From Neophaeotheca triangularis (lineage: Eukaryota): DNA of 64,000 nucleotides. The DNA is taken from NCBI GenBank assembly GCA_054600435.1, contig BAAIJX010000036.1, positions 62,001-126,000 on the forward strand. Direction: 5' to 3'. The position numbers were made by a program, and so were the translations under genes. The notes under the pieces are model-generated. The model was given only the letters and a program-made list of their open reading frames with translations, was not told where the DNA came from and did no database searches. Positions 11,794 to 23,600 of the stretch are shown one piece after another; the first letter of the stretch is position 1, and every line of letters starts with the position of its first letter.

Positions 11794-12555
11794 ATGCCAC
11801 CTTCTACCACCACCAGCCAGCCCGCCACCTCGCCACCGGAAGGGCAACACGAGGCGCCTGCACAGCAAACACGCCCGTCAACGGACCCGTCTCATCATGT
11901 GCACCCGCAGCGCCGTCCTACTATCCTCAACCCTACAGGTAGTAGCGACCGCAATAGCTATGTAAGCGACGCTCCGCCTTTCTGGTCGCGACATGGCCGT
12001 ACTTTGTCGTCGGTCAGCTATCATTCCATTAGCAACTCCGTCCGACAGACTCCCATCCGGCTCGAGGATCACTCGGAAGAGGACCACATCCAGAGCCAAT
12101 CGTGCTGGGCCAGCTCAGTCACGATAGATGATCATGTTGTCGTTTCCGGTGTGACGGGTGTTGGCGCCTATGTAGTCTGGCACTGCACCGTAAAGACAAT
12201 CAAGGGCGGCGACATGGCTCTTCGGAAGAGGTAAGGCACACACCAAGATGCGTCTTGGTGATTAAACACATGCTGATTTGGAGAAGATACTCCGAGTTCG
12301 ATCAACTGCGAGATAATCTCGTAAGATCATTCCCGCATGCCGGAGCCAGCGTCCCAGAACTCCCTCGCAAGAGCCTGGTCTCACGCTTCCGTCCCAAGTT
12401 TCTTGAAGCTCGCAGGACTGGCTTGCAGCACTTTATGAAGTAGGTTGATCACTGCAGACTGGCTCCAAGCCTCGTGCTGACAGCTCGGCAGCTGCGTTCT
12501 ACTCAATCCAGAGTTTGCGTCCTCGCCCGTGCTCAAGGAGTTTGTCTTCTCATGA
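11794..12555 (+). CDS. YPT35: PX-domain endosomal/vacuolar adapter (Ypt35-like); 3 exons
   Basis: GAYVVWHCTV..KR|YSEFDQLR..PELPRKSLVSRFRPKFLEARR..|CVLLNPEF; introns 12231..12286 and 12440..12491; stop TGA 12553-12555. Confidence 0.85.
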
Positions 12556-13813
12556 GGGTTATAAAGGTGGTCGGCAAAGAGGTCTGGCTTTTGTATACCA
12601 GCACGTCCAACATGGGTGGACTCTCTCAGTGCCACTAGGTATTTTGTAAGAAAACGGGCCTGCTTCCTGCAAATGCGGGTACACTCATGCTTGTTTCGAA
12701 GATGGTGGGAGATGGCTCTGGATGGCCTGTCTTCAGTCGAGCTGCCACATTGATCGAGCAAACCGCCTTGAAGAAACCGGGCGCAAGCTCCGCCAATTTC
12801 TAGGAGAGACACGACGATAACGAATTATTCGGGCCTACGAGTGCCTGGCTGGATGGTAATGTGACAGTATTAGATGAAGCTAGGAGATCTACGAATGGAC
12901 AACACAACCTTGAAGACAACAATCGAGCGTCCAAAAGTTGCGTTTCGTAGAGGGCTGCCCTTTCCTCAGTTGAAAGGCGGCCCTTTAGAAAGGCAGGCAT
13001 GATTCTAAAAGCCGACTTACGTCCTTATCTGAGGTTCAGGTTCCTTCCAACCTTGATACTTCACACGCACGCTCTCGGTCCCTCTCCTTTCCTTCTTAAA
13101 TTGCATCAATGTATCGGCCACAGCCATTCACCTCAAACCGCAACGATGCCTATTGTCTTCGAAAGGTGGACGGATTAAGATATGGAGGCATAACGACAGC
13201 TTCGAGCCAAGTTTAAACGTCTACAAGTAAGACATGCCGAATGGAAGAGCCCCGAAATACCCAACAAGACAGACGATCCTGGAGCCGCGCCTCTCGCTCC
13301 AGCCCATCATCAACCTGCCCAAGCAGCGACGAGCCCAGCCGTTTCATTGCAAGAGCCAGCTTCTCGTCCGTGTCCCCAGGACCTCACTATGGAGTCGCAA
13401 CAAAGCGGGCTACTCATGACGCCGACTTTCACGAGCAATCTCGCTCACCGCAAACAGGTGCCGGACACGGAAGCCTCGCTGACGAAGGATGACGGCGTTT
13501 GCCAACCCTGAAACTCCGGTTCTTGAGGAAGAGGCATCTGGCTGTTGTAGTTTTTTCGCTTTGGGGAGCCCGGCAAGGCGTCGCGTATTTTCTATCTCGG
13601 TTTTCGTACGACAGATAGCCATAACCAATTCGTCGATGTCCTTCGCTTTGCTTCTAGTCTCGCCTGCCTGAGCGAATCCTCTGTTCTCTGTCGTGACCTC
13701 GTAACCCATCCTGGCACAAACATCGACGCTCACCAGGCGAATATAAACGCATATTCGTCATTTAGATACCTCTTTATCCAGAGCAGCAGCTCTACTCTCC
13801 AAACTACCAAACT

Positions 13814-16624
13814 TCAACCCTGCACCCTAACCTCACTAGCCATAGCATGACACAACTCGACCCTAATGCCCGCCCCACTCATCACATCAATCCACATACG
13901 CTGCGTATCACTCAACCGATCATTCTCGCTCTTCACCTCGGCAAACATGACCTCCCCCTTGGCCTTTGGGTTCCCCAAACCTCCATCCCCAGCACTCCCT
14001 CTCAGCCGGCCACTCTGTTCGCCCTTGGCCTCGTCGTCATGGTCGACAAACTCCTTCCACAAGAACAAATCCGGCACGCCGCCACCCCGCTGCCCGTACT
14101 CCTGCGCCAGCACTTTCAGAATAGTAGCCAAAGCCGCGGCCGGGAAGCAACGACAAATACTCAGCAAATCGAGCAAGTCAAAGGACCAATCCAAGCCGAC
14201 GACCATGGTCTTGCGCGCCTCGTGCTGCTTCCAAGTCCGATGGAGAATCTCCTCGGCCCGGCCGTTGGAAATGTCGTTCAAGCGCTCGTTGACTTCGGAA
14301 AGGCGGCTGGGGTAGAAAGCGTCCGTGTGCAGGTCGAGCGGGCAGGTTTGGTAGGCGGTTTGGAAGACGTTGGGGATGTAGACGAAGAGCACGTCGTACA
14401 TGAGCAGCGCGAAGAGGGTGCGCAGGATGCCGCCTTCGCTGTGGTAGCCGCGGTAGTTGAGCGGCGGTTGCCGGTAGTTGGAGAGGCACATGGCTTCGAC
14501 GGTGCATTCGCCGACGGTGGCTGCGGGTAATGGTTTGGTTTTTGTGGGAGATTCGTCTTTGATGCGCTCTGGGGGATCGGATGTGTCGGGATCGGGTTCT
14601 GTGGTCTCGGGTTGCACTGCTGGGTCTAGCCAGATGGTTTTGGCACCGCGGCGGTCCGAAGGGGTTCTGAGAGCGCCGTCGCTGCTTCTACGTGAGACTA
14701 GCTTTGGTGGGCGCTCAATTCGGACCCCAGAGAAGGTGCGTTCGACTGGCTTTGTGAGTCGCACGTGCCCAAAGTCATGCTGCTGTCGTTTGGGAATCTT
14801 CAATGACTTCTCCAACTTCACGGTTCGCTTCTGCAAGTCGTGGTGATGGATTAGGTGGGTGTGCTGGTCCTCGAGGCCTTCTTCGCATGTTCTCAAAGCC
14901 ACGCGCTTCCAGTACTTCTTTTTTGCCTCGGCGTCTTTACACTCTGGTGGTGAAGGGAGGTGTAGATGCATGTAGTGCTCTTCGAGCAACGCTTTGCGCT
15001 GGTACCAGTCGCCGCGCCGACTCGAGTGAAATAGCTTCTGTCCCAGCAGAGCGCAAAGTACTTGGTGCTCGCGGAGGTGGTGCTTGAATTTGCCGAGAAC
15101 GTAAGCTCCTTTGTGGACGATGCGAGTGTAAACCCAGGCTGGCGAGAGGCGGCGTAGGTATGCGCCTTCACCTGTGCTGTAGATGCTGTCTTCTTTGATT
15201 TGCTCTTCCGCGAGCAACGCCTCCCATCTCGGGTACACGTCTTCGAAGATGTCGAGGATGACTTGTAAGGCATCTTTGGTGGGCGTGCCGTTGAACTCTA
15301 GGATGTTGTCTACACGGAACTGCGTTCGTACGGAAGCTTCGAATTCGAGCAGCAGGGAACGAGAGGCGAAAATATTGGCACTGCGAGAGACGATATATTC
15401 AGGGAAATTCCAACGAGCTATGCGAGCCAGTATAATAGTTGTCAGAGACTTTTCCGTCCATTCTGTCGAACGGTAAAAGACCAAGTGCACTCGCTCGAAA
15501 AGCTTCAGAGTTGAAATGGAGAGACGGATACAAGGTCCAGTCTCTGTCATGATCTTGTCTCGAAAATGCGCATCACGGTTCTTATAACGAGCCGGTGTAG
15601 CTTCCCTGCTGTCTTCTTCATCCAAACCAGATCCTGTGGATCCGTTCGTCTCTTCGGTGTCTGAGCGCTTCAAGCTGGCAAAGCCCAACCCGGTTTGTTT
15701 ACCACTCGTTCGCCTCAAGGCACGCAACAACTCCTTCTTGTTTTTTCCCTGGACCTTTGCGTCTTTCGCAATAGCCTTGAGCTCTTCCAACAGGAGCAAT
15801 GAAGACGCTTCTTCGAGATCTTGAATGCATTCCTCGGACCGATCGGCAAAGGTGAAACTCTCTCCAAGCGATGTGTCCTCTGGTGCTTCGAGTTCGCCCG
15901 CGTTCGTCTGTACTTGCCGAGAGGTCGTAGGTAAAGACCTGACTTTCTGGAGCTCTTCAACAGCACTCTGCAGGTCAGCAATGTCACTGTGGTAACCTAG
16001 TCGTCGGATGCGATGCCAGCTAGCCGTCTTGCGAAGAAATAGCCGGACGTATAAATACTGTGCTTCGTAGCTTAGTTCTCGCCATTGCTGAAAAAGCGCG
16101 AGCTCTGCTTCGTCGAACAGGTGGCTTTCATCCTCTAAGACGGTCTCAAGAGCCAGATTGAAGGCATCAACGTAGATTGAACTCTTGCCCTTGACCCACT
16201 TGCGCTCGCCCAGACGACCTTCAAGTCCTAGCTCTGCCTGCTCTGCAGCTCTCGTCGCTTCATATGCTGCTATCGCCTCCTTGTCCGTCTGGATAGGTGG
16301 TAATGCGGACTCGAGATCTGTTCGACGAGCCGTGGCTTCTTCCTCGTAAATCTCATCCTCGCTGTCAGCATCCGAGTCGGCAATGACCCTATCTCCATAG
16401 TCTTTCTTTGCTGAAGAACCTCTGTCTGCTGTCTCCTCTTCGTCTCTTTTTAGTCGCTTAGAGGGTGGCGTTGCGAAATCATCTTGGCCATCATCGTCGT
16501 CGAAATGGGTCGACTTGGGATGGGCTATGCGTCTGCCAACCATAGCATTGTGCTTCGATGGGCTGCTATCGTGTAGCATGTCCGATTGTGCTGATTTGTT
16601 GCCATGATCTTGTCTCGCGTCCAT
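13814..16624 (-). CDS. FAN1: Fanconi-associated nuclease 1 (SAP-like, TPR and VRR-NUC domains); intronless
   Basis: LYVRLFLRK, GYHSEGG, FQTAYQTCPLDL, catalytic GGVPDLFLW..FAEVKSENDRLSDTQRMW (PD-(D/E)xK). Confidence 0.93.
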   Translation of the reverse strand: MDARQDHGNKSAQSDMLHDSSPSKHNAMVGRRIAHPKSTHFDDDDGQDDFATPPSKRLKRDEEETADRGSSAKKDYGDRVIADSDADSEDEIYEEEATARRTDLESALPPIQTDKEAIAAYEATRAAEQAELGLEGRLGERKWVKGKSSIYVDAFNLALETVLEDESHLFDEAELALFQQWRELSYEAQYLYVRLFLRKTASWHRIRRLGYHSDIADLQSAVEELQKVRSLPTTSRQVQTNAGELEAPEDTSLGESFTFADRSEECIQDLEEASSLLLLEELKAIAKDAKVQGKNKKELLRALRRTSGKQTGLGFASLKRSDTEETNGSTGSGLDEEDSREATPARYKNRDAHFRDKIMTETGPCIRLSISTLKLFERVHLVFYRSTEWTEKSLTTIILARIARWNFPEYIVSRSANIFASRSLLLEFEASVRTQFRVDNILEFNGTPTKDALQVILDIFEDVYPRWEALLAEEQIKEDSIYSTGEGAYLRRLSPAWVYTRIVHKGAYVLGKFKHHLREHQVLCALLGQKLFHSSRRGDWYQRKALLEEHYMHLHLPSPPECKDAEAKKKYWKRVALRTCEEGLEDQHTHLIHHHDLQKRTVKLEKSLKIPKRQQHDFGHVRLTKPVERTFSGVRIERPPKLVSRRSSDGALRTPSDRRGAKTIWLDPAVQPETTEPDPDTSDPPERIKDESPTKTKPLPAATVGECTVEAMCLSNYRQPPLNYRGYHSEGGILRTLFALLMYDVLFVYIPNVFQTAYQTCPLDLHTDAFYPSRLSEVNERLNDISNGRAEEILHRTWKQHEARKTMVVGLDWSFDLLDLLSICRCFPAAALATILKVLAQEYGQRGGGVPDLFLWKEFVDHDDEAKGEQSGRLRGSAGDGGLGNPKAKGEVMFAEVKSENDRLSDTQRMWIDVMSGAGIRVELCHAMASEVRVQG

Positions 16625-16841
16625 GAGTCGCGTTTCTAATGTCGGCCATAAGGTAAGCGCGCTATCATGTGATGAGAGCGCTCGTGACGTAGGCGGGGCT
16701 TATCTTATCACCTACGTAGGCACCTGGGCACCTGCATGCAGGTGCGACTTGACCAGAACAGCATCTTGAAGCGCAACAACGACCGTGTACAGCACTTCCA
16801 TAATATAGCATAGCATAGCAGGGATTCTTACACGACGAAAC
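16625..16841. promoter_or_regulatory. 217-bp divergent intergenic region between FAN1 and the FAS1-domain gene, with two adjacent palindromes
   Basis: Head-to-head ATGs; cctacgtagg at 16711-16720; gcacctgcatgcaggtgc at 16728-16745; CRE-like tgacgta near 16685. Confidence 0.55.
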
Positions 16842-17477
16842 ATGAAAGCCACAACAATCAGTAGCACCCTCCTCCTCCTAAGTACAGCCTCAGCGCAACT
16901 CCTTCCTTTCGGCCTCTTCGGCCCATCTCAAACCAACCCCAGCAAAGCTCTTCCGGAAAACCGCCAGCAACAACAACATCCCATCATGGCCGACGACAAC
17001 AAACCGTCAGAGAACGCCGCAGTAATCCTCTCAGACGTCTTGGGCTCGCAGCGCGCCATCAACATCTTCGCCTCCTTCACTCGCGATGTCACGGCCATAA
17101 ACCAACGCCTCGAGACCAGCAGCCTCAATACCACTGTGCTCGCTCCTATCAACGGCGCCATTACCTCTCTGCCGCGGAAACCGTGGGAGGATGCTGCGGA
17201 TTACCAAGCAATGGGCGACGATGTGTACCAGGGCAAAGCTGGAGAGGATAGGGCGCAGAAGAACTTGCGGCGGTTTGTGGAGGCGCATGTCGTTCCCGTG
17301 AGCCCTTGGAAAGAAGGCGAGAAGGTTGAGGCTGTGGGTGGGGGGAGCTTGTGGTGGGAGAAGAAGGACGGGAAGGCTGTGATTATGCCGGGAGGTGTGG
17401 AGGTGGAGAGGGTTGTGAGTAAGGTTAAGAATGGCGAGGTTTGGCAGTTGAAGGATGTTTTGAACTACGAGAGATGA
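16842..17477 (+). CDS. Secreted FAS1 (fasciclin) domain protein, YDR262W-like
   Basis: Signal peptide; NTTVLAPINGAITSLPRKPWED, NLRRFVEAHVVP and NGEVW motifs. Confidence 0.85.
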   Translation: MKATTISSTLLLLSTASAQLLPFGLFGPSQTNPSKALPENRQQQQHPIMADDNKPSENAAVILSDVLGSQRAINIFASFTRDVTAINQRLETSSLNTTVLAPINGAITSLPRKPWEDAADYQAMGDDVYQGKAGEDRAQKNLRRFVEAHVVPVSPWKEGEKVEAVGGGSLWWEKKDGKAVIMPGGVEVERVVSKVKNGEVWQLKDVLNYER

Positions 17478-17700
17478 TGCTGAGGAACGATGACTATGCT
17501 TTCCTGGCGTTGGGGCTTTCCAGGTACATTGATTCAGCGGCCACGAAGGAGGGATGAGATGGAGTAAAGAGTTTCATTCCTGCATCAGCTATATGTTTTG
17601 CTGTCTTTTGAAGGCACAACGTAGGCGTCCAGCACTTGGGTAGCCCCTGTTCTCTGCCTGTCCCCCTCTATTCCTCAGATTCGGCTTCTGAGCGCTTAGG

Positions 17701-19044
17701 CTAGACTGTCAAAGCAGATACCTGTTCCGGTACGGTCGCGGGACCGGTCTCCCTCGCCACATCAGGAGGCATGCGGTACGGCTCGTCCAACTGTGCAGCT
17801 TCCGCCGATCGCTTTACACCAGCACTGCCTGCCGGCTTCTCGGTCTCTGCATCCTTTTCGCTCACTTTGGCAGCAGCGGCGGCCTTGTTTGCCCTCTTTC
17901 TTTCCGCTTTGGTCATTTTCGGCTTCTCGAAATTGCCAATCTCAAGCCTTTTGTCAACTTCAGTGGCCAACTCCTCCAATTCTGGGTACTCCAGCGCTTT
18001 TACAAGCGCAGTATACGACTTCGTCGCAGTCATGGCCCGATAGGCTTTGTTCTTGCCAGGTATCATCTGACCGAGTAAGTACTTTGTGTTTCCCCATCGA
18101 TTTTCCACTTCCAAGCTAATCTTCACGTATTCTCTTACCACCTCTTCCCATGGCGCTTTGCCACCTTCTTCGTTCGCTCGAAATACGGAGGGATTGGTCT
18201 CAGCGGCCGTCGCAATCATAGCTCCGTCTACTCCGTACTCTTCCATCAGCTGCAGCGCTTCCGATCTCGAGGTCACGTCACCGTTCATGAGACAAGCAAC
18301 GCCAGCCTCCTTGCAGACGTCGGCGATCATCCTCAGCTGGTCGCGGATCGCCTTCTCCCGCGGTCGCATGGGTGTGGTGCGGCAGTGTATCGTCAAACCA
18401 GTAATGCCTGTGGCGCAAAGTGTACGAACCAGCTTCTCAGTCTCTTCTGGCGTGTCAAGCAGGCGAATCTTCACGCTAATGCCAATCTCGTGTTTTGCGC
18501 CAACTTCGTTTACGAGCGCCGTAAGGATAGAGGCGAGCCTTTCCGGAGTCTTGAGCAGTGCGGCGCCCATTCCTCCGCTTGTACTGAATGGCTTCGGGCA
18601 TCCTGCGTTGACATCTATTCCCGCCACATCCGGCGCAATGATGCTGGCGGCTTCAACAGCGGTCTCCGGATTCGATGTACCAATTTGATAGATCAACCTT
18701 GCCCCTTCACGCTTCGGCTCCAGCTTATAGATCACACTCTCCCTCGTCGCCTCTTCAGGGTCGACGCTCTTTGTAGCGTTCGAGGGCACTCTCGTGAAGT
18801 CTACTGTGCCAGTCTTGCTGTTCACCTGCCTCGTGGTGCCGATGAGCGCTTTGTCGATAGTCTCCGGACCCCAGACGAGGTCTGCGCCGTATTTGAGAGC
18901 AATCAGTCGAGACGGGCATTCGCCAGAGCGGACCATCGGGGCCAAGACGATTTTGTTTCGGTAGTCGACGCCATTCTTGGGGATTGGCACCCTCTTTGGA
19001 GAGGGAGCGTTCGTTGTCATTGTGCGAGTGAGTGAGCGCAGCAT
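17701..19044 (-). CDS. DUS2: tRNA-dihydrouridine(20) synthase Dus2/Smm1
   Basis: IVLAPMVRSGE, YGADLVWGPE, IDVNAGCPKPFSTSGGMGAALL, HCRT. Confidence 0.92.
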   Translation of the reverse strand: MLRSLTRTMTTNAPSPKRVPIPKNGVDYRNKIVLAPMVRSGECPSRLIALKYGADLVWGPETIDKALIGTTRQVNSKTGTVDFTRVPSNATKSVDPEEATRESVIYKLEPKREGARLIYQIGTSNPETAVEAASIIAPDVAGIDVNAGCPKPFSTSGGMGAALLKTPERLASILTALVNEVGAKHEIGISVKIRLLDTPEETEKLVRTLCATGITGLTIHCRTTPMRPREKAIRDQLRMIADVCKEAGVACLMNGDVTSRSEALQLMEEYGVDGAMIATAAETNPSVFRANEEGGKAPWEEVVREYVKISLEVENRWGNTKYLLGQMIPGKNKAYRAMTATKSYTALVKALEYPELEELATEVDKRLEIGNFEKPKMTKAERKRANKAAAAAKVSEKDAETEKPAGSAGVKRSAEAAQLDEPYRMPPDVARETGPATVPEQVSALTV

Positions 19045-20228
19045 TCCATGGCAGTATGTGTTGGAAACACTGCAGAGGAGCGTTTTGACGCTGACTGCAG
19101 ACTCGATTTATCTGGCAAAAGTAAAGATGGTCGAGTGAGGTCGAGACACACAGCCAAGACTTACTAAGCTAGTAGACTCGGAACAACAAGGATGCAAGCG
19201 CCGATATGGACATGCCGCACCTCACGCCCTAAAGAGGCACTCGACGGAATTAACTTGTTGCCAGGTATTCGTCAATAATACACCACATCTTCTTGTTCTA
19301 CGGCGTCGCTTGAAATGCAGTGCTATCGATCGGAGTCCTGGTTAGATGCAGTGCTGCAGACTACTTCTTTTCCACTCAGCACCGAGCAGAGACGTTATAC
19401 GGGGTCTCGATGAAAGGCTCTGAATGTCTGGGTGATGGTGTACGAGAGGTCATGTGCAGTGGCGAAGGGTTGGCTGGCTGGCTGGCTTCACAATCATCTC
19501 TGACTGCCGTCGAGTCTGTGGGGATGGATGCGCTTTGCCATAGAGAGGACTGCGGCCTTCACCAAGACTGCCGTGAAGAGGAAGAGCGGACACATCCGAC
19601 TTCAGCTTATAATCGCCGCGGGACCGGCCCCCTGCGAATAACATCGAGTACCTACCTACTTTTTCAACCCACTATTACAGACGTCCTGAGACTTGGCCGA
19701 CGGTCAGAGATGTAAAAACAAGAACCTTGCCTTGCCTTGCCTTTGTTCCCGTTGATGCACAGCTTTTCTCCGACCGACCGACCTGATACCAGGGCCTCTG
19801 GCTGAGGATGGATCTCTTTGCTGAAAGGTACCTTTATGCTGTAGGCTGTATGATGTATCAGCAGCGCCTGATTGGTCTGTGCCCGCTTTCTCGCTTCTAG
19901 CCTAGCGAGTTGATGAGGTTTCTGATGAACTTCGATCGTTAGCACAGCATATCGATGCCTTTTGTTAACTCAGGTCCATCAGTCCGACGTGCAAAGTGGT
20001 ATAGAGGGTGGACTCGAAGTGCTGCCTCGACGGTATAGTCGTATATAGTAGAGTAGTGTATAATAACAAGCACGCGCGGCCTGAAATAATAATAACATGT
20101 CAAAGTCGCAATTGCCGCTTACACGACGTTCCATACAATCTGATTATTTTCTGTTCGGTTCAAATAAGGTGACCGCGCTAACGACTTTCCCGATGTTCCC
20201 TGTCTTCCAGAGCAGCGGGCCTGGGACA

Positions 20229-20312
20229 GATCTCTCGCTCTCTCTCTCTCTATCTCACACTCTCTCTCTCTATTCTCTCTCTCTTTCCCTCCCTCTCTAC
20301 CTCTCTATCTCT
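20229..20312. repeat. Imperfect (CT)n pyrimidine tract upstream of SNT2
   Basis: tctctcgctctctctctctctatctc... seen directly; typical of fungal TSS regions. Confidence 0.8.
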
Positions 20313-20663
20313 CCACCTTTACTCCCAAGGCACCCGTGCTTTTGCTGCCACTTTCCTTGACATACTGACCATCATTCGCGCTTGTCTCGGTGGTCGCGCT
20401 GCTTTGCCATCACAACACACACTTCCGACCTCAGCGTCGTCGCTCCGACTGCAACACTTGGACAGACACCGGCTTCTGCCGCCCTTCCTGAGGCACGTGC
20501 TGGGTGGCTTCTTGATTAAGCATCCTCGCAGCCTCGTGCTTCCATTTGCAACACTTCTACCCACACGCGTCGCATCAACATCTTCACCAGCAAACATACT
20601 TACGACGCTCGCCTGAGCGCTTAATCACGCATGCAACGCCTTTAGCCTCGTCACTGGGTCAGT

Positions 20664-23600
20664 ATGGCATCCTCGAACGAGGTTTCTGGGGCCACCGAAT
20701 CTGGGTCTCCGCTTGTCGCATCTGGCTCGCCCGCCAGTAATTCGACTCCAAACCCTCGCCCATTCCATGCGCCCATGGGATTCCAGGCCATCAACCACAT
20801 CAACCAGCAGGCCGCTAGTCAGCATGGCAACCTGTCTGAGACCCAGGTCAGAAGTACCGCTTCTACACCACAGCCGCCACCCAAGGGTGCCGCTGTCGCC
20901 GGCGCACCAGCATTTTCCAATCCATCTGACGACCCTGGCACCTCCAAGCCTTCGCCCCGGATGGATGGCCCCGACGGTACAGCGACGTATGGAACGAGAT
21001 CAAGGCAACGCAACAATGCGCGTCCAAATTATGCTGAAGATCAAGAAATGGACTACGACTTCGTCTCATCAGCTGCTACCACGAAGCCGAAGAAGGATCC
21101 TGCTCATCCCACACCGCCTGCACCCAGTGGTGAAGCCAGGCAACCGCAGGATTTTGCGCGATTCGTTCCCGTGAACGCTGGCAATTCCAATTCGCCTCAG
21201 CCCGCTCAGCCGAAAGAGACTACCAGCGCTTCACCCTCGACAACCACAAATCCCAAAAAGCGAAAGGCCGCTGGCGCTCCCACTAACCTCAACACAGTGA
21301 CAGCGACATCAAACTCATCCGCTCCTTCTGCGGCACGTAAGCCGGCCGCATCCGCATCAGCCTCTACAAGTGCTCGCGAGACCAACGTCATGACATTCAC
21401 AAAACGCCAATACCTTCCAAACAAGAACGGCGAGCTGATTTCGGATGATGGCACAAAACTTTGCGTGAACGGTATGTGTTTCCCCCTGATTCGTTACGCG
21501 GAGAGGTTGCAGCCTTTACCCCGCAAAGACCGACTTGAAGCGCCTCAGGCTGATATTTCTCAACAGATCACGTGTACCTCATCTCAGAACCACCAGGCGA
21601 CCCCTACTACCTGGCTCGAATCATGGAGTTTTTGCACGAGGACAACAACCCGATGAAACCCGTCGACTCCATACGAGTCAATTGGTTTTATCGTCCCCGC
21701 GATGTCATGCGGAGTACGGCCGACAGTCGACTCCTATATGCGACAATGCATTCCGATACCAGTCCAATCTCTTCGCTGCGCGGGAAGTGTACCATTAAAC
21801 ACAAGTCCGAGATTTCTGATTTGGATGCCTATCGGAAAGAGCGCGATTCCTTCTACTTTATCCAGGTGTTCGACCGTTTCATCCGTCGTTGGTACGAGTG
21901 TATACCGACCTCGCAAATCATCAACGTACCAGAAAAGGTGAAGAAGGCGCTCGATGAAAGGTGGAAGTTTGTGGCAGTGGAGATCGGCCGCGTCAAGGAA
22001 CTCACCAGTGCGGTCAAGACTTGCAAGCGCTGCACGAGATACTGCGCCTCCAGCGACTCCGTGGACTGCGCAATTTGCAAGAACTCGTATCACATGAACT
22101 GTGTGCAGCCGCCGCTTCCGAAGAAGCCTTCGAGGGGTTTTGCTTGGGCTTGTGGTCCCTGTAGCCGTGTTCAGGAGAAGGGCGAGGCCTACAACTCGCC
22201 ATCCGGGAGTGGACAAGTGACCGAGGCAGAAGATGATGGCTTGCTTGATGAGTCCGAGCCAGCAGAAGCTTCCAACGACATCACCAGAGCTCCGAGTCCG
22301 ACCGGTACCGAATTGCCCGAGGATGATCATCCTGCCACCCAAGCCGAGATTGCACTCGCCAAAATGTGGCCCATGAGATATCTTGGAATCCACTGCAGAG
22401 TCGAGGATGCTTTGCAGTACGACGACCGAGCGATCTACCCTCGCGCAAGCTCCCGGCTAGGACCAAGGCATCAGGCGAACATCAGCATGTGGCACGGCAG
22501 GCCGGTTGAGCTGGTGAAGCCGGCGGACGTCAAGAAACGCTTCATCAAGAACAGCAGCCACAAGAAGGATGCCAAGCTTTCGAAAGAGACGCTCGCAGCG
22601 ATCGAAGCTGATCGAGTTGAGAAGGCCAAGCGGCCAAAGTGGGTCCAGGACGAACCTCCCGGATACGTAGCGCGGGGTGAAGACTACCCAAACGACGATC
22701 CCCGATGCACCGCCACGCGCCTGTTTGTGATGCCAACCGACGAAGAGAAGGTGCCACGTGGCGATGATGGTCAGCCTGTCCCTGGAGCCAGCGAGGAAAT
22801 GGTCGACGCCTATATGAAACGGGCTAAGAACATCAGTCATAAAGTTGGCGTGCCATTCTTCGGGACCAACTGGCTTGACAAGGCCGTCGAGATGTTCGCG
22901 GCCCACAAGTACAACGCCAATGCAGCCTTGAAGGCACTGATCAAGATGGATCGCAAGCACGACCTTCATGAACCCGTTCTCACGAAAAGCGAGCTGACCC
23001 AGTTTGAAGAGGGCGTTGCACTGTATGGCTCCGAGCATCGCAACATTCGCTTACACATGAAGAACCAGCTGCCACACCGCGACGTCGTGCGCTTCTACTA
23101 TCTCTGGAAAAAGACGCCGAAAGGCAAGGAGATATGGGGCTCTTACGGTGGGCGCAAGGGTAAAAAGAGAAGGGCTGACAGCGACGCTGCTGCGAAGCTT
23201 GCGGAAGAGGTTGCTGACCATGGCGACGACTCTGCCTTTGATTCAAGCAAAGCCACGCGCAACAAACGGGGTTTCTGCTGCAAGTTCTGCAACACCAAGA
23301 AAGCTCGACAATGGAGGAAAGCCCCGGGAGTGACGGCTGGTCAGACGGTGCCTGCGGACGGCAAGAAGGACAACAAGGATTCCAAGGAGAAAGGGAATCG
23401 CCTCTTGCTTGCGCTTTGCGCACGGTGCGCACGTCTATGGCGCAAATACGCCATTGAATGGACAGAGCTTGACGACGTGACGCGGAGAATGGCCTTGGCT
23501 GGCGGTCGTGGCCTCAAGAAGAAGATGGATGAAGAGCTCATTCGCGAGATCCAATTGGACAATGTACCTGCACCATTGTCCCCGGATCCGAGTTCTGTGC

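Noticed and set aside
13410..13733. 107-aa minus-strand ORF downstream of FAN1
   Set aside because: No motif, no clear gene structure, weak codon bias
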